A stretch of 64,000 bases of DNA. Source: Zootoca vivipara (Eukaryota). Below are positions 60,822-64,000 of the stretch, in pieces. The notes under the pieces are model-generated. The model was not told where the DNA came from and made no database searches. It worked only from the letters and a program-made list of their open reading frames with translations. Positions within the stretch are counted from its first letter, which is position 1. Each line of letters begins with the position of its first letter. The translations under genes were made by a program, and so were the position numbers. The stretch lies in the NCBI RefSeq assembly GCF_963506605.1, contig NC_083280.1, positions 27,342,001 to 27,406,000 of the forward strand, written 5' to 3'.

Positions 60822-61119
60822 ATTCTATGGTACTGTATATAAATAGCAAATCCCTTAATAAAATAAAAAATCTATTCTACCAAGTCCTTGGATCTCCAAT
60901 TTAAATGTTTTTGCATATTTTGTAGTCTGAAATACAGATATAGACTGTGTGGTTCAATATGGTGGTTGAATACCTGGATGTGCAACACATTCAGGTCATG
61001 ATAGTTTTCAATATAATGCCTCTCTGGGTTCAATCATCATTTAACATTAAAACCTGCAAGCTAACAAGCCTAGTGTCTTACAACCAATGGACATTTTGCA
61101 TATACATCCTAACACAAAT

Positions 61120-61350
61120 AGGGTTTTTCTTCCATTTTATTTTATTTTGCAATATTACATTCATTGACATCTTTAATCATTCTTGTAATACATATTATAC
61201 ATATTTATCTAGATATATTTATCTATTTTCCAAATTATACCATTGTGGCTTCCCTCCACCCGTGCTCAGCTTCCATTGATCTTCATTCCTTTTATATTCC
61301 TTATATATAAAGTTATTTACATATTTCTCATTAATCCCTTTTCATCTTTC
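61120..61350 (-). mobile_element. possible L1 3'UTR fragment
   Basis: T-rich tail, tttatt, gcttccctcc motif, AT-rich skew. Confidence 0.4.
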
Positions 61351-61665
61351 CCTTTATGAACTTCAGTCAATGAATAGGATTTTACCTCATGATGTGGAGC
61401 TAAATGCAGGAGAAGTCTTCCCTAGTCCTTGTGAGCTAGGCCTTAATCCACTATCTCTACCTTCCTGGCCCACAATCTTGATTTTCTCCACACTCCTTTT
61501 TAGGGTCTTCCCTAAAACCTCTGGGTGTGCAACAAAACAAAATAAAACCCTGCAGGATCTTTAATTGTAATCAGGAAGGACCTGGTGCACAATTTGGTTT
61601 GAACCTGTTAAAAATCAGACTGGCAGGTGACTGTTCCACAGAAGCCCACAATGCAAGTTCAAGAC

Positions 61666-61988
61666 CAGGGGTCAGCAAACTTTTTCAACAGGGGGCTGGT
61701 CCACTGTCCCTCAGACCTTGTGGGGGGCCGGACTATATTTTGATGGGGGGAAAGGAACGAATTCCTATGCCCCACAAATAACCCAGAGATGCATTTTAAA
61801 TAAAAGGACACATTCTACTCATGTAAAAACACCAGGCAGGCCCCACAAATAACCCAGAGATTCATTTTAAATAAAAGGGCACATTCTACTCATATAAAAA
61901 CATGCTGATTCCCGGACCGTCCATGGGCCGTATTTAGAAGGCGATTGGGCCGCATCTGGCCCCTGGGCCTTAGTTTGGCAGACCCCTG
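61666..61988. mobile_element. hAT MITE (family of 37956-38205) with ~70-bp internal duplication
   Basis: Perfect TSD ttcaagac; the block gccccacaaataacccagagat...ctactcat occurs twice. Confidence 0.93.
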
Positions 61989-64000
61989 TTCAAGACCCAG
62001 AACTACAAAAAAAAGTCAAAAATGAAGTTTTGCCACTACTTTTTTTAAAAAAATTAGGGATGGGGATAGAAAGGCATGTAAGAGAGAGATAAAACAATGG
62101 TTTAAAAGTGGATAGTTTTGCATTTTCTTTGTGCAATAAATATAGCGGAAGGAACTAGTCATGTTTTTGGACATTGGCTTGGAATCATTTACATATAGAA
62201 TGTTTATTACAGCAGCCAAAAGGTAGAAGTAATACAATTGGTTCCTACTGCAAGGCTTCCTTCCTACCCCCTGCTGGCTACGCACACTGCTGCAGCATAC
62301 ATCCAGATTAGCTTTATTGCGGTTCCACTGCAGAACCTATGATTCACTGGAGCAAACTATATTATCAGGCCTACCATGTGTGAGTTTATTATTTAAAGTT
62401 CTTTGTTGTCATTGTTGCTACTCATTTAGTCGCTACAATTGCTGCTGTCTGAACCCTTTAGATTGTAGTTTGAGAAATGCGTTGTGAAGAATTCAATGCC
62501 TTCCTTCAGGCTGTGTATCTTCCAAAGATGGTATGACATAAATTAACTGTGTTTGTAGAAATTGAGATTTATTCCTGCTTTTATAACAGAATGGCTCCAT
62601 CCAAATTCTAATTTACCGTGTGTTTTAGAGGAAGCACTTAATTACACACCAAGGAGGAAGAATGGGAAAAGAACAAAGAAAAACCCCAAACCCATGAAAG
62701 TGTTACAAAAGGAGAAGGAAAAGGAAATAATGTTCCGAAGACTGAAAACACGACAGCACAACAATTTGTAATTATATTGCTCACACTGAGGTTTTGTTTT
62801 TGTTTTTTTACCCACCTAATGTGCAAACTGTCATTCAAGTACATTCATGCCTGGTCTAGTAGCATATACCCCCTACATTGCATTTGCATTTCTAACATGT
62901 TGTTTGTTGCCAGAACAAAAAGACAACAAAACAGGCGGAGGGGGTGTATATTGTTCAAGGATTCGTTGGCAAGCTCTGACTTGCATTGATCTTGAATTCT
63001 GCTTAGGGCTGGTCGTATGGGAATTGCAACAGACGTACTGCCACCTGGGCAGTGGAAAGAGTCCAGAAAAACCCAGGTGTACAACCTACTGAGAAGTTCT
63101 GCCAATCAAGGCAGGTCAATTAGGGTGAATGAGGCACCACCCCACCAACCTCAGCCTGCCCTCATCCAGACCGTATCCAGCAAGTGTCCCGGAAAAACCA
63201 GGACATCCCGTTTCCCCCCGCAAGAGCACAGTGGCCATTTTGCATGCTGTGAACTCACATGATTTTGCGCACGATCTTGCCCCGGGGGGGGAAAGCACAT
63301 TTTTGGGGGGGTCATGATCTCACACAACACCCCAAAACATGCTATTCTAGGTGCCATGAGAGCATGCCCCCCCCAAAAAGCACATCTTTTGGGCTCTGTG
63401 ATCTCATGCGGGTCCCTTGACCCAGAGAGTGCTACTGCCTGTTAGTTGGGGAGGAAATTAAACAAGAACTACTACAAGACAGTACAAATGAATCATATCC
63501 CTTAACCTGGCACTGGGGAGGGGGACAGTCGGGGTCATGTGGGCTTTGCTAGAGAGCAAGCCTAATTGAACTCAATAGGACTTACTTCTGAATAGACATG
63601 TTCAGGATTGCACTGAGAACGGTTGGTCTCTCCTGCTATAGTCATGTTTTCAAAGCATATCTGAGGGTCTAGAGTTTCTTTTCTAATTTCCTACCGCAGC
63701 CCCTCAGAACAAGCTCTGTCTGCCAACCTATTATCTTCAGCAGATCAGTAGAAGGAAGAATTCTGCTTTTTCCCCTTCAAATGAAAGTCTAGAATAATCG
63801 TGGTCCAAAATGTCCCGGCTGAGATACAGTTCTTGCACAATTGTGACAGCTTTCTTTCTAAGCCTACAGGCAAAAATAAAATAAAAAATGAATTACCCCA
63901 TTGTGGAGTTTCTCCACAACTATAATACAGGTTCTTTAAAAATCATAGTCTTATTGCCTCTTCTTATGATTGTATCATTAGTCTTAACCGGAGCTTTCTT

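Overview
Vertebrate genomic DNA from a squamate reptile, most likely a lacertid lizard (inferred from Sauria SINEs, a tRNA-Lys/CR1-tail SINE, BovB, CR1, L2 and lizard-type MITEs). The only protein-coding sequence I recognise is the last two coding exons of SLC9A9 (NHE9, + strand; 21153-21258 and 21894-22115). Bases 1-21152 are therefore the 3' part of a very long intron, which ends in a U12-type branch point (CCTTAAC). The rest is 3'UTR and repeat-rich intergenic DNA with one 158-N gap. Almost all ORFs in the track are TE fragments or chance frames. Two findings stand out. (1) Two diverged antisense solo LTRs (2316-3125 and 15724-~16490) share a covarying RNA fold: a U-rich internal loop shaped like an ENE poly(A)-triple-helix element, plus long-range helices that bring it next to the LTR's own AAUAAA. 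(2) A hAT element with an 8-bp TSD (39593-40464) appears to carry a captured housekeeping-gene promoter, first exon and complete intron. Several other hAT MITEs carry CpG-rich, hairpin-rich cargo. All family names come from recall and pattern recognition, not database searches.
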